Source: a virus (Duplodnaviria; Caudoviricetes). Taken from it: a DNA stretch of 31,550 nucleotides. The notes beneath the pieces are model-generated. The model saw nothing but the letters and a program-made list of their open reading frames with translations. It did not search any database and was not told where the DNA came from. How positions within the stretch are numbered: the stretch's first letter is position 1; each line of letters starts with the position of its first letter. Below, piece by piece: positions 5,544 through 15,519 of this stretch. Location: IMG/VR virus record IMGVR_UViG_3300049924_000017, positions 1 through 31,550 of that record, one strand, 5' to 3'. The position numbers and the translations under genes are program-made.

Positions 5544-7432
5544 CAGGCATTCTCCTTAGTATACTTAGCCTTTAACTGATCTCTTAGAGTCTTCTGTATC
5601 TCTTTGTGAAGCTTATCAGCCTCCTGGAGTAGGAAGTCTCGGCCTTTAGCTAGAGACTTATCTGTTTCAGTCGCAGGCAACTTAGCATTCTTAAGGATTT
5701 CTTCGTTAGCCATATGAGATCTATTGAACTCATTAGCTCTCTTAAGAGTATAGTAGTATCTAGTCGTAAGCTCCTTTAGAGCAGGAGTAGATTCTGAGAA
5801 CTGACTAGTGGTACTGTTAAGAAGATCCTTAGCCTCTTGTACTCTACCTTCTAAGGAGAGTTCATAGTGTACTTCACCTTTAGGTGTAGCGGCTGCTCCT
5901 ACGGATGTAGGTTCCTTAGCTTTAAACTCATCCCACTTACGATCTAAATAGTCTGAAGTCTTTTCGACTTTGACGCCTCTGTACTTAGCATTAGTACCAG
6001 TCGCAGTCATTCTCTTCTTCATCTGATCATAGGCGGCTTTCTCTGAGGAGGCTCCACCTAAGACATTATCGGCTCTATTGACTAGGACATACTCATTCTT
6101 AAGGGCTCTATTAACTGCATCTGAGTTAGGACCTTCCTTAGTCGTAACCTCTTTAGGATTAGGTCTCCAGCCTTCAGGTCTCTTCTCAGGGACTAGGTTA
6201 AACTCTCCTTGACCAGGAGTACCTGAGATCTTTTCAATCTTACCAGGAACGCCTGTCTCTTCATTAAGATACTTAGAGGGAGGCTTAGAGGACATGAATT
6301 CCCTAATGCCTCTAAGCTGATCTATCTCTCTAATGAACTCATCCTTAGTGATATTAGAACCAGGAAACTTCTTCTGGATAGCATTGATAATCTCTTCATG
6401 AGTAGGAGTACTACCTAGGATAGGTTTATCTAGGGCTTGGATCTCCTGACGTACTGCAGTAGGTATCTTAGACTTAGTCATAAGCTTACCACCAACAGCA
6501 CCTAGAGATTCTGCTGAAGTAATAGCTCTTACACTGCCACCACCTGCAACTAGTGCAGCTGCCTTGATAGAGTTCTCTGGAGTAGGATTCTCCATGAAGT
6601 CTTTGATGGTATCGTACATGCCTTTGACAGCATGATAGATAGACTTGAAGCCATCTACAGAGGATTCAAACTCAGCAGCATTGACAGACTGAGCTTGCTG
6701 ATCATTCTTATAGCCTGTAAAGAAGTCATTTTGTCTATAGATCGTATCTATATCAAGAGGTTCACTGGCTGAAGCTCGTCCTTGACCCTTTTGAATAAGA
6801 CTATGCGGTAGAAAATTCTCATCACTAAAGCTGCTAGGATATTGTCGTCCTGGCTCTCTAAGCTTTCCTTTGCTTAGTTCACCAGGAGTTATATAATCCT
6901 TATCACTACCTGCTTCAGATTTGATCTCAGGCATATTAGGCATACGGTCATATGCCTCCTGAAGAGGTCTCAATACTCTGTCATAGAAATCTTGATCAGC
7001 CATTATTCGCTTCTCTGCCTTCTGAATGGCCTCTGGACGCGATCCGAATAAAGACGGTAGTTGTTCAGTTCCTTTGGCTGCATACTGTGCTATATCAAAT
7101 CTATCTGATGTCGGCAGATCAGGAGGAAGAGTATACCCATTATCGAATGATGCATCGGTCTTAGTATCTGTATCAGCCTCTGATATTCTATTACCAGGAG
7201 CTGCTGGAGGTACCTGATGGATATCTCTTTTATCCCTAGAGGGTTCATTACGCCTTTCGTATCTACGATACCATTGTATTCTCTCAACCTCATCATTGAG
7301 AGGCATACGATCCGGAGGAGGCTTCTTAAAGGTCTCCGACGGACCTGGAGCTAGATTATCTGGAGCAAAGTTACCTGATCTATCTGTATCAACTTGCCGA
7401 TAGATCGTACCTACATCAAGAGGTTCTGACAT
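5543..7432 (-). CDS. 629-aa hypothetical protein, possibly an additional internal/ejected virion protein
   Basis: Long hydrophilic ORF coupled (TAATG) to the internal virion genes; internal repeat of its N-terminus. Confidence 0.6.
   Translation of the reverse strand: MSEPLDVGTIYRQVDTDRSGNFAPDNLAPGPSETFKKPPPDRMPLNDEVERIQWYRRYERRNEPSRDKRDIHQVPPAAPGNRISEADTDTKTDASFDNGYTLPPDLPTSDRFDIAQYAAKGTEQLPSLFGSRPEAIQKAEKRIMADQDFYDRVLRPLQEAYDRMPNMPEIKSEAGSDKDYITPGELSKGKLREPGRQYPSSFSDENFLPHSLIQKGQGRASASEPLDIDTIYRQNDFFTGYKNDQQAQSVNAAEFESSVDGFKSIYHAVKGMYDTIKDFMENPTPENSIKAAALVAGGGSVRAITSAESLGAVGGKLMTKSKIPTAVRQEIQALDKPILGSTPTHEEIINAIQKKFPGSNITKDEFIREIDQLRGIREFMSSKPPSKYLNEETGVPGKIEKISGTPGQGEFNLVPEKRPEGWRPNPKEVTTKEGPNSDAVNRALKNEYVLVNRADNVLGGASSEKAAYDQMKKRMTATGTNAKYRGVKVEKTSDYLDRKWDEFKAKEPTSVGAAATPKGEVHYELSLEGRVQEAKDLLNSTTSQFSESTPALKELTTRYYYTLKRANEFNRSHMANEEILKNAKLPATETDKSLAKGRDFLLQEADKLHKEIQKTLRDQLKAKYTKENA
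6731..7426 (-). repeat. 33-nt direct repeat (6731-6763 and 7394-7426) encoding EPLD(V/I)(G/D)TIYRQ
   Basis: 29/33 nt identical by manual alignment. Confidence 0.85.
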
Positions 7433-9423
7433 TACTGACCTTCTTGTCTTAGAAAGGGATCCCTACGGAGAGTAGGCCGTACAAGATTAGAGGGGATATT
7501 CTTAGGTCCCATATTATTAATATCTAGCCCTTGAATCTGAAAGTATTGTTCAAGCTTATAGTTGATGTCATCTGGAGTCATCTTGAGCTGTTGAGCAACA
7601 GGAACAAAGTGACTAACAGTATTATTTAACTTAGATGTAATCTGATAGGCTCTAGCCTCTGCTGCTTGAACTCCCGTATTACCTTTGTCCATAAGCTCAG
7701 GTGTAAACTTAAAGGTCTTAGGATCATAATTGATACGATAGCCTGTAAAGTTATCTACAAAGGTAGCTTTAATATTAGTAGCCTCTTGAGCAATCCTTTG
7801 ACCTGTTGCAGCATCTACCCATTGTGTATACTTTGAGATGGTTTGACTATTGCCTGTCCTAAAGATCGCTGCAGTTATCTCAGGATGGACTAGTTTATTA
7901 TAGAGTACCTCTCTATCTGAAGGCATTCCAATACTAGGTCTCTCATCAGATGCTTTAGCATAGAAGTCTTTGGCTCTAGGATCACCACTAAATAGAGAAT
8001 TGACAATCATGTTAGCGCCCTCAGGAGTAAGGTTTTTATTCCTGAGATTGGTTGATAACTTTGTAATGACATCTCTATTCACATGGGCCTGATCTTCTTT
8101 AGCGAGACCAGCCTTATCCATATTAGAGGCTCCCTCTTCAAAGAGATTATCAATGGACTTGCCAGTAGACAGACCGCCAACAATATACGAAGAGAACCAG
8201 GCTTTAACAGCTGACATACCAGGTGTAGACGACCAGAGAAGAGTATTAGATACTTGATCTCCTAGTACCTTATGTGTAGCTGCCATACGTCTTATCTGAT
8301 CGGAGGAGTTATATAGTTTACCAATCTCTTCATTGCTAGTGGCTTCATTGGCTACTACTTGATAATGAAGACGACCTTTATCTTGATCGGTGATTGGCTT
8401 AGTCTGTGCATCTAGTTTCTCAACGACAGACTTACGCATCTTTTCTACATAGTCTGGACCAATGAGACCAGCGACAGTAAACTTCTCACCCTTGTTATTC
8501 TCTCTAACCTGACCTACATAGTCGTCAAACTCTTTCATCTTCTGTTCACGATACTGTGTAGTCAATTGTGAAAGACGAGCTGCTGTCTTAGCATCCACTG
8601 GTCCCTTGGCTGCTTGTTCGTCAAAGTTAGACTTCTCTTTGTTGATAGCATCAAGAGTCACACCAGCATTACTTAGAGCAGCTCTACCACTGTCATCTAA
8701 TGTAGCTAGGAAATTATTATTGTAGCTATCGAAGTTCCTATCCTTCTCTACTTTACGAACAGCTTCTTCTGTCTTTACATTAGAATCTATAAGTTTATTA
8801 TCGGAGAGCCTTTTAGCATGTGTATAATTCCAGGTACGCATTTGCTCTAGAGTAGGCTTCTCACCTCTGGCAATAGCTTCCTGTCCAGGTCCTCCATGTT
8901 CTCTGGCCCAATGATATTCGTTATCAAGCTGAGTATTCTCTTTCTTGCTTTCAGCCTTCATGAGCTCAATAGCTCTATTGGCCGGAGTAGTTCCAGTTAA
9001 ATCATGGATGACATTATCAATATATTCACGATGACCTGGATAGCGAGAACGTAGTCTACGAGCCTCTGCATCAAGAAGAAGATAGTAGTGACTGTCACCT
9101 ATCTGTCCTGTCTCTGCTGCATTCTTGGCGATGCCTACACGCTCTATATTTTGATCAATAGCAGATTTGACACCTGGAGGAGGTGTTCCACCGAATGCTC
9201 CCTGAGCTCCTTGGTTGATCTCTCTGTCTCTAAGTTGGTCTACACCCTGAGTAGCATCTTCTCTGATGACAGATTTGAATAGCTTATCGGCTGCTCCAAC
9301 AGCCTCTGTTGCTATCGTTCCGATACTACCGAAGAGACCACCAAGACTGGTATCTGCCTCTACTCCACGAGATGCACTAGTGAAATTTTCAGCTTGATCA
9401 GGAATGTTTGGATTAAATACCAC
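7432..9423 (-). CDS. Internal virion (ejection) protein, 663 aa
   Basis: Position after nozzle/GNAT/gp14-like genes; helical composition; GTG start coupled by TAGTG. Confidence 0.6.
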   Translation of the reverse strand: MVFNPNIPDQAENFTSASRGVEADTSLGGLFGSIGTIATEAVGAADKLFKSVIREDATQGVDQLRDREINQGAQGAFGGTPPPGVKSAIDQNIERVGIAKNAAETGQIGDSHYYLLLDAEARRLRSRYPGHREYIDNVIHDLTGTTPANRAIELMKAESKKENTQLDNEYHWAREHGGPGQEAIARGEKPTLEQMRTWNYTHAKRLSDNKLIDSNVKTEEAVRKVEKDRNFDSYNNNFLATLDDSGRAALSNAGVTLDAINKEKSNFDEQAAKGPVDAKTAARLSQLTTQYREQKMKEFDDYVGQVRENNKGEKFTVAGLIGPDYVEKMRKSVVEKLDAQTKPITDQDKGRLHYQVVANEATSNEEIGKLYNSSDQIRRMAATHKVLGDQVSNTLLWSSTPGMSAVKAWFSSYIVGGLSTGKSIDNLFEEGASNMDKAGLAKEDQAHVNRDVITKLSTNLRNKNLTPEGANMIVNSLFSGDPRAKDFYAKASDERPSIGMPSDREVLYNKLVHPEITAAIFRTGNSQTISKYTQWVDAATGQRIAQEATNIKATFVDNFTGYRINYDPKTFKFTPELMDKGNTGVQAAEARAYQITSKLNNTVSHFVPVAQQLKMTPDDINYKLEQYFQIQGLDINNMGPKNIPSNLVRPTLRRDPFLRQEGQ

Positions 9424-12400
9424 TACTTACCTCTTTTTTCTAGACGTTTCTTATAATCTTCAAAAGCCTCTGGAGTATTGACTATCTCCATAAACTTCTT
9501 ATAAACTCTTTCAACTAGAGGAGCATGATCATCTGTAGTTCTCTTAGCCATTGTCATTCTCTTAGACTCAGGGAAGTTACCTAGTATGAACTGTGCATTG
9601 GCTCTATCCATATATAGATTAAAGCCTTCTAAATCACCTTTATCATGAGCTTCAAAGGCACGTCTAACATAGAGACCATAGCGTCGTTCGAAGGCCTTCT
9701 GAGCATTCTGTATGTCCTTTATTGATCCAAGCTGATCATAGGCATCATCGATCGATTGAAGTTGAAGACCAGTCAAGCCCATCATGAGAGCTTGAACTGT
9801 CGTAATATCTTCCTCTCTAACTCCATTCTTACCAAAGTACTTTCCAAGTGCAACACCGGCAATAATCTTTTCAGCGTTAGAGAAAGAAGATATATTATCT
9901 AGGATATCGGCGAAGTCTTGTCGAGTAAGACTATAGTTGCCTAGGTCAAGTACCTTCTGTGAGAGGGGATAAGAGGACTTAAGAAGTCCGCTAAATACCC
10001 TTCCAGAGACACCTGAGAGCAGTTCTACAGGGTGTTTATCACCACGCCATAGGTCTCTACCCAATTGAATGCCTGACAGTCCTTGGCCTCCTACGTCGTA
10101 TTTAGAGGCACCTAGACGTTCAGCACCAGCTGCTATTAGACCATTCATAAGGACATCAGTCATAAAGGCATCCTCAGGACGCCAGCTTTTCTGCATATTA
10201 AATTCATTTACTGATTGTCTTATAGGCCAAAGAGGCATGACAGTGGAGAGACCGACAGGTAGACCATAGATGAGACTATTAGTAGCGATAAGTTGTGCTA
10301 TCTCACGAGGAGTAAGGACAGGTGTTTGTCCTTTAACAATACTGCCAATAGAACTATAGATCTGCTCAGTCTGACGTAAATGTGCTGTAAAGAACTGAGT
10401 TACAATACCAGGAATGCCCCTTTGAAGAACAGAGTTGGACATGCCGGACATATTCAAGTTAAGCATATCGGCTCTTGATAGAACCTGTGCTTGTGCTACT
10501 GAGTCGAAGACAGCATTAGGATTAGCAGCTCTCCAGCGATTATAAGAAGTAGCATAAGCAGTATATCTACCCAGTTCCTCACCTCTTTTGTAGAAGAATG
10601 TCGCATAGTCAGCAAAGGTACCTAATTTGCCTTCCCATAATTTAGCAGACATCCAGTCAGCATAATCAGCAACTTCACGTCCTACCTTATGGAAGCCAGA
10701 TCTCTTTAGCCCTTCAAAGGCTTCAATGAAGTGTTCTTTTTGCATTCCTGTAAGAGTTTGACTCTCTGCAAACTTAGCAATTACTGCTGGGTTGTCTTCC
10801 CAGAATCTAAGCATGGACATATATTGACCTGAAATACCACCTTTGATAGTATTCGTAGGTCCTTCAATCCCTCCAATATGGAATATAATATGTGCCTGAT
10901 TAACAAAGGAGGCTACATTTCCCATACCTTGTTTGAAGTGAAATGCGACTTGACGTAATGCCTTGGTAGGATCTTTAATAGTAGAGAACATCCATTCAGG
11001 TACTAACTCCTCGGCCTTTTTACCAAACTTTGTAGAGACAAGCCATTCATATGCTCTTTGCTGTAAACCATCTAGATAGATTTGATTTTGATTACGGATA
11101 CCTAGAAGCTCCAAAGTAGAACGCCTTGCATCCCAGGCTGCAGCTCGTTCAGCCATACGAGACTCTGGCTTAACAGGAGCATTCATTAGAGCGTCTAGTG
11201 GATTAGATCTGATACGAGTTACATCCCAAGCTAGAACATCTGAGAATTCAGCTATATATCTTTCGGCTGCTTTAATCTTGAGATCGTCAAGCAAACGACT
11301 ATTGGCTACATTCTCAGCAGCTCGCTGAGCAATAGCCATAGGATCCATCATCTTAGCTCTTTGGAAGTTATAGATTGGTTGTGTTTTAGAGCCTACGTTC
11401 TCAAAAGCAAATAGGGGATCTCCACGCTCTTGAGCAAAGGACAAGTTAATCTGTCCATCGTTAAGATTGTGAGGGCTTTCAAAGGTACGCTTAAACTCAT
11501 GATTAGGATTCTCTCTTTTAAAGATACCGCTTAGATCATGAGTCCTATCGACATTAATACCGTTCTTAGTAAGATAGAATGGAGTCTTTGGATCTAATGT
11601 ACCACCGCCTTTAACTCCTTTAAAGGAAGTATCCCATTGTCTTAGATCAATGGTAGGAAGATATTTGTTAAGATAGGCTTCTAATCGTGCAGTATCCTTA
11701 GTCGCTCTGGCTTCGATAAGTAACTCTCTTGCTGTATTGAGATGTTTGATAAGATTGTTACCATCACGTTCCGTATGAACGCCTGCAAAGTTAGTGTCTC
11801 CAGAATACCAAGTAGTTTTCTTTACCTGACCTGTGGTCTTTAGGTTGGGCTGCCTTATGTACCATTCATACTCATAGGCATAATGGCCGCCCGGACGATA
11901 CGGGATCTGTTGGAAGGGCAGCGGGCCGCTCTTGAGATCATTAGTAATCACATAGTTGATTTTACCACCGGGTAAGTCACCTATTCCAAGAGTAGCACGA
12001 AGATGATCTTCACCATACTCAGCTAGTTGGACAACCTTAAGCTCTCCAGATTTGATACCCTCCTCAATCTCTTTACGCATATTCTTGAATTTTCTGTTAG
12101 AGAGCTTCTTAATTTGAGATGGATCTTTGTTCCAGAGAAGGAAGTTGGCCTCTGCATTAGAATCCCAAGGAAAGCTTTTGATAAGCTTGCCTTCGACATG
12201 TGGACTATTTTGAAAAGCTCCTGTTACTGGAAACTGAAACAGTTCACGTCCTTGACGAGCCTTATCACGATAGATATTTAGATTACGCAGAACCCAGTCT
12301 GTATCGGAGAGTTGAACGTAGGACCAATAGGCAGCATGTTCAGCTTCAGTGGGAAGCCTATTGAATTCTTTATGCCAGTCTGCTTCAAACTCCTGAAAGT

Positions 12401-14615
12401 CCCTGGAGAACCTACCGTATTCGTTATCTTTGTTACGATACATACGTTGACGATCTAGAAAGGTATTGAACTCTTCCCAAGCCTTCTTACCTGATGCCCC
12501 TTTGCGAAGATCATTAACAGGTTCGAGTAGACTACGAATAAACTTCTGTTGATTCTTTATGCCATAGCCGGCGATCTTAGAATCATCCATTAATTCCTTT
12601 GAAAGTTTTACATCACGTCCAAAGGGGAGGAAAGATCTAAATGTGGATAGAATACCTTTAGGATTTTGGTTCTGCGTCTCAATTCTCAATGCATTCCTAA
12701 CAGAAGGAAGTGTCTCATCGATAGGCTGTGCTATTGTAATAACATGCCCACCACCTAGTGGACGAATGCTATAGGTACCTTGAGTAAACTTAAAGAAATT
12801 ATCTGCAGCAGTTCTAGCGCCCTCTTCAGTTCTAAAGGGCCTAGGTCCAGGTGCTCCTATGTCAATACTAACACGATGGGTGTTATCGTTAAGAGGAACG
12901 AATTGGCGTACTTTAGTATTGACAGGTCCTGCTCCAGGGATCTTAGTCTCTCCAGCATACTTCTGGATCATTGCTTCCATTCTAGCAGCAATGCCATCAG
13001 CAGCCTCCTTCTTACCCATGCGTTCAGCAATGGTAAGCAGACCGTCTAGTTTTCTAAACTCTCTTTGTTCAGCTTTAGGCAGAAATGCTGGAGCATTTTG
13101 GTTAGCTGCTTTAAGAGGAGTAGCTTCGGCTTTAACACCGACTTTACTACCAGTCTCAATAGCAAGACGAGTCTCTGGAGGACCTGATTTCTCACCTATA
13201 ACATAAAGTCTATAGCGATTAGAAGTAATTGCATCGTCTAGATTAGACGTCCTGATATCAATAATATGATCAGCAATATAAGGATTCTTAGCATTAGTAA
13301 CCCTATCCGCTTCAACCTCTGCAACTCTAAGTGCATTAGAGCCGGGATCGAGACGAGCAATCTTAACAGGGCCATCAGCTAATTGTTTCTCAAAGGCAAG
13401 TTTATTAGCTTCGATCGTATTGATAATTCTTTGTGAAGCTTCACGAGAGAGTGCGTGTGTATTACCATCTAATGCTAGTGGGCCAGTCTGTAATGTAGTC
13501 GTCTGACCACGAAGATCATCAATGCTATTCATTCTAGGATTTACAGGACGCTCTACAGCAGTAGGTGTAAAGACCTCAGTCTTTTGAGCAAGTGTCCGCT
13601 CTGCTAGTATCTGAGAGGCCTTATCGATATCACCAGTGGCCTCTAGAATATCAATAGGATTAGTTGTACGATTACCAGTGGCTTTAACTACACCACGTAA
13701 TCCTGTGGTAAGAGACCGTACACCTTGTACAGCGCCGCCTACAGCAAGACCAGTGCCAACTATACCAAAGATATTATCTAACGCAGCTTCGCTAGAAGAA
13801 TAAGAAGCAAGACCATGGAGCCATTCAAGAGCTGCAAGAGGATTACCAGGAGTAAAAGGACTACCTTCTGCTATCTCAGTGGCTTTATTTTTGATAATGG
13901 CAAGAGCCTCAGAAGGATTCTCCATAAGAAGAAGCTCAGAATATTGCTTCTGTCTATCGCTACCTGTAAGAGCCCAGAAGGAATCACGCATACGTGCATT
14001 ATAGATTAGAGGGACGAATCTCTCTGCATTATCGTATATCTTACTTCCCAATCCCTGAGCCTTGTATTGAGCCTCAAGATTCTCGGTAATCTTCTGAACA
14101 CCTTCCTTTAGATGGATTACACGTTGAGCATAATCCATATTCTGAAAGTCAGGCTCAGTAGGAATAGCACCTTTTAGAAAAGCATCTGCAGAAGTATTGA
14201 CTACCTTCTCAGCATATTTAGCTTCAAAGAAGTCAGCCGCATCCTTTAGAGGTTGTCCTGAGAGATTACTGATATGATAGATTTCAGCTGGAGTTACATT
14301 AGCTGGACCTTTGGTTTTAAGTAGCTCGTCTATAATACTCTTGCGCATAGCAAGTTCTTGATATGAAGCTGCATTAGCCTGTATCTGAGCTTCTTCACTT
14401 TCGTTACCAGTCTGAATTCTATTAAGAAAAACCTCACTGCCAGGAGATTGAGGGCCGAGTCCATAGTTCCACTTCTCAGCTCTTTGACGGGCTGCTCCTT
14501 CTTGAGGAGGTACAGTAGTAACGACACTGTCCTTCTGAAAGTCAAAAGGAATCTCATTACCAGAAGTTGGTACATCACTTGAGAAGTTAAAGGGAGTCTG
14601 GTATTGTTGATCCAT
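9423..14615 (-). CDS. Large internal virion (ejection) protein, 1730 aa
   Basis: Size and position typical of the largest podovirus ejection protein; hydrophobic/Gly-rich helical segments. Confidence 0.65.
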   Translation of the reverse strand: MDQQYQTPFNFSSDVPTSGNEIPFDFQKDSVVTTVPPQEGAARQRAEKWNYGLGPQSPGSEVFLNRIQTGNESEEAQIQANAASYQELAMRKSIIDELLKTKGPANVTPAEIYHISNLSGQPLKDAADFFEAKYAEKVVNTSADAFLKGAIPTEPDFQNMDYAQRVIHLKEGVQKITENLEAQYKAQGLGSKIYDNAERFVPLIYNARMRDSFWALTGSDRQKQYSELLLMENPSEALAIIKNKATEIAEGSPFTPGNPLAALEWLHGLASYSSSEAALDNIFGIVGTGLAVGGAVQGVRSLTTGLRGVVKATGNRTTNPIDILEATGDIDKASQILAERTLAQKTEVFTPTAVERPVNPRMNSIDDLRGQTTTLQTGPLALDGNTHALSREASQRIINTIEANKLAFEKQLADGPVKIARLDPGSNALRVAEVEADRVTNAKNPYIADHIIDIRTSNLDDAITSNRYRLYVIGEKSGPPETRLAIETGSKVGVKAEATPLKAANQNAPAFLPKAEQREFRKLDGLLTIAERMGKKEAADGIAARMEAMIQKYAGETKIPGAGPVNTKVRQFVPLNDNTHRVSIDIGAPGPRPFRTEEGARTAADNFFKFTQGTYSIRPLGGGHVITIAQPIDETLPSVRNALRIETQNQNPKGILSTFRSFLPFGRDVKLSKELMDDSKIAGYGIKNQQKFIRSLLEPVNDLRKGASGKKAWEEFNTFLDRQRMYRNKDNEYGRFSRDFQEFEADWHKEFNRLPTEAEHAAYWSYVQLSDTDWVLRNLNIYRDKARQGRELFQFPVTGAFQNSPHVEGKLIKSFPWDSNAEANFLLWNKDPSQIKKLSNRKFKNMRKEIEEGIKSGELKVVQLAEYGEDHLRATLGIGDLPGGKINYVITNDLKSGPLPFQQIPYRPGGHYAYEYEWYIRQPNLKTTGQVKKTTWYSGDTNFAGVHTERDGNNLIKHLNTARELLIEARATKDTARLEAYLNKYLPTIDLRQWDTSFKGVKGGGTLDPKTPFYLTKNGINVDRTHDLSGIFKRENPNHEFKRTFESPHNLNDGQINLSFAQERGDPLFAFENVGSKTQPIYNFQRAKMMDPMAIAQRAAENVANSRLLDDLKIKAAERYIAEFSDVLAWDVTRIRSNPLDALMNAPVKPESRMAERAAAWDARRSTLELLGIRNQNQIYLDGLQQRAYEWLVSTKFGKKAEELVPEWMFSTIKDPTKALRQVAFHFKQGMGNVASFVNQAHIIFHIGGIEGPTNTIKGGISGQYMSMLRFWEDNPAVIAKFAESQTLTGMQKEHFIEAFEGLKRSGFHKVGREVADYADWMSAKLWEGKLGTFADYATFFYKRGEELGRYTAYATSYNRWRAANPNAVFDSVAQAQVLSRADMLNLNMSGMSNSVLQRGIPGIVTQFFTAHLRQTEQIYSSIGSIVKGQTPVLTPREIAQLIATNSLIYGLPVGLSTVMPLWPIRQSVNEFNMQKSWRPEDAFMTDVLMNGLIAAGAERLGASKYDVGGQGLSGIQLGRDLWRGDKHPVELLSGVSGRVFSGLLKSSYPLSQKVLDLGNYSLTRQDFADILDNISSFSNAEKIIAGVALGKYFGKNGVREEDITTVQALMMGLTGLQLQSIDDAYDQLGSIKDIQNAQKAFERRYGLYVRRAFEAHDKGDLEGFNLYMDRANAQFILGNFPESKRMTMAKRTTDDHAPLVERVYKKFMEIVNTPEAFEDYKKRLEKRGK

Positions 14616-15139
14616 TAGTAAAGACCGGGTCTTGTTGCTGTTGCGTATGGATCTTTATTACCAAAGAGACTCATACCAATCTGTGAGATACTTTGTGCTC
14701 CACTTACTAGTGCATTACCCATTCCCATTAGACCTGCACCTTCTGCTGCTCTAGCTTCTGCTTCAGCCTTACGTGCGTTAGCATCAAAGACATCTCGTCC
14801 AAGCAGAGTATTTGCCTCTAAGAAGCCTACTTGTTGACTCTCAGCATTAGCTATCTGTCCTTGGGCTCCAGGCAATGCTGAACTACCTGCAGTAGCTGCA
14901 GAGCCTGTCTGTGTAGTGGTCGAGGTAAGAGCCTGAGCCTGTGCGGCTTGTGCTTTACGGATAATATCTCTTCGTTGGCGCTGAGATTCAAGCTCCATCT
15001 GCGCACGCCTAGCATTCTCAGCATCCCGAGAAGCTTGTGCTATCTCTTGCTGAGCACTACGTTTCTTACTAGCTCCAAGTGCACTAGTAGCTAGTCCAGC
15101 TACTGCAACTGCCGCTTGGAGTTCAGGACCGATGCACAT
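14615..15139 (-). CDS. Small internal virion protein (T7 gp14-like)
   Basis: MC...AAVAVAGLATSALG start, Ala/Gln-rich coiled coil, Gly-rich end; follows the GNAT gene. Confidence 0.7.
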   Translation of the reverse strand: MCIGPELQAAVAVAGLATSALGASKKRSAQQEIAQASRDAENARRAQMELESQRQRRDIIRKAQAAQAQALTSTTTQTGSAATAGSSALPGAQGQIANAESQQVGFLEANTLLGRDVFDANARKAEAEARAAEGAGLMGMGNALVSGAQSISQIGMSLFGNKDPYATATRPGLY

Positions 15140-15519
15140 TAATTTAATTCTTTCTCGTATTCTGTTTCAACTGGAAAATAGTCTGTGACCATTTTAGTGG
15201 GAGTAGAACAGTAGAACTTAGTCGCTCCTAGAACCTTAGCTTGGTCTTCTGCTTGTTTAAGAAGCTCACGTCCGATCTTGCCTCTATATTCTTTCTTTAC
15301 AAACCAAGCGATCTTACGACCTACAATCTTACCTGTAAAATGATGAGGGGCTACGACAAAGCTTAGAGCACCTACAATTTTACCTTCTTCATTTCTATGG
15401 ACGAGAAGATAAGAGTCTTTGAGGATCCAACCTAGATATCTTTCTACTGCAGCTGGATCATATGTAAGTTTACACTCTTCACAGTATTCTTTAACCAACT
15501 CAACTAAATCATTATACAT
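15139..15519 (-). CDS. GNAT-family acetyltransferase-like protein
   Basis: EEGKIVG and WFVKKEYRGKIGRELLKQAEDQAKVLGA (acetyl-CoA-binding motif A); lies between the nozzle and the ejection genes. Confidence 0.8.
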   Translation of the reverse strand: MYNDLVELVKEYCEECKLTYDPAAVERYLGWILKDSYLLVHRNEEGKIVGALSFVVAPHHFTGKIVGRKIAWFVKKEYRGKIGRELLKQAEDQAKVLGATKFYCSTPTKMVTDYFPVETEYEKELN

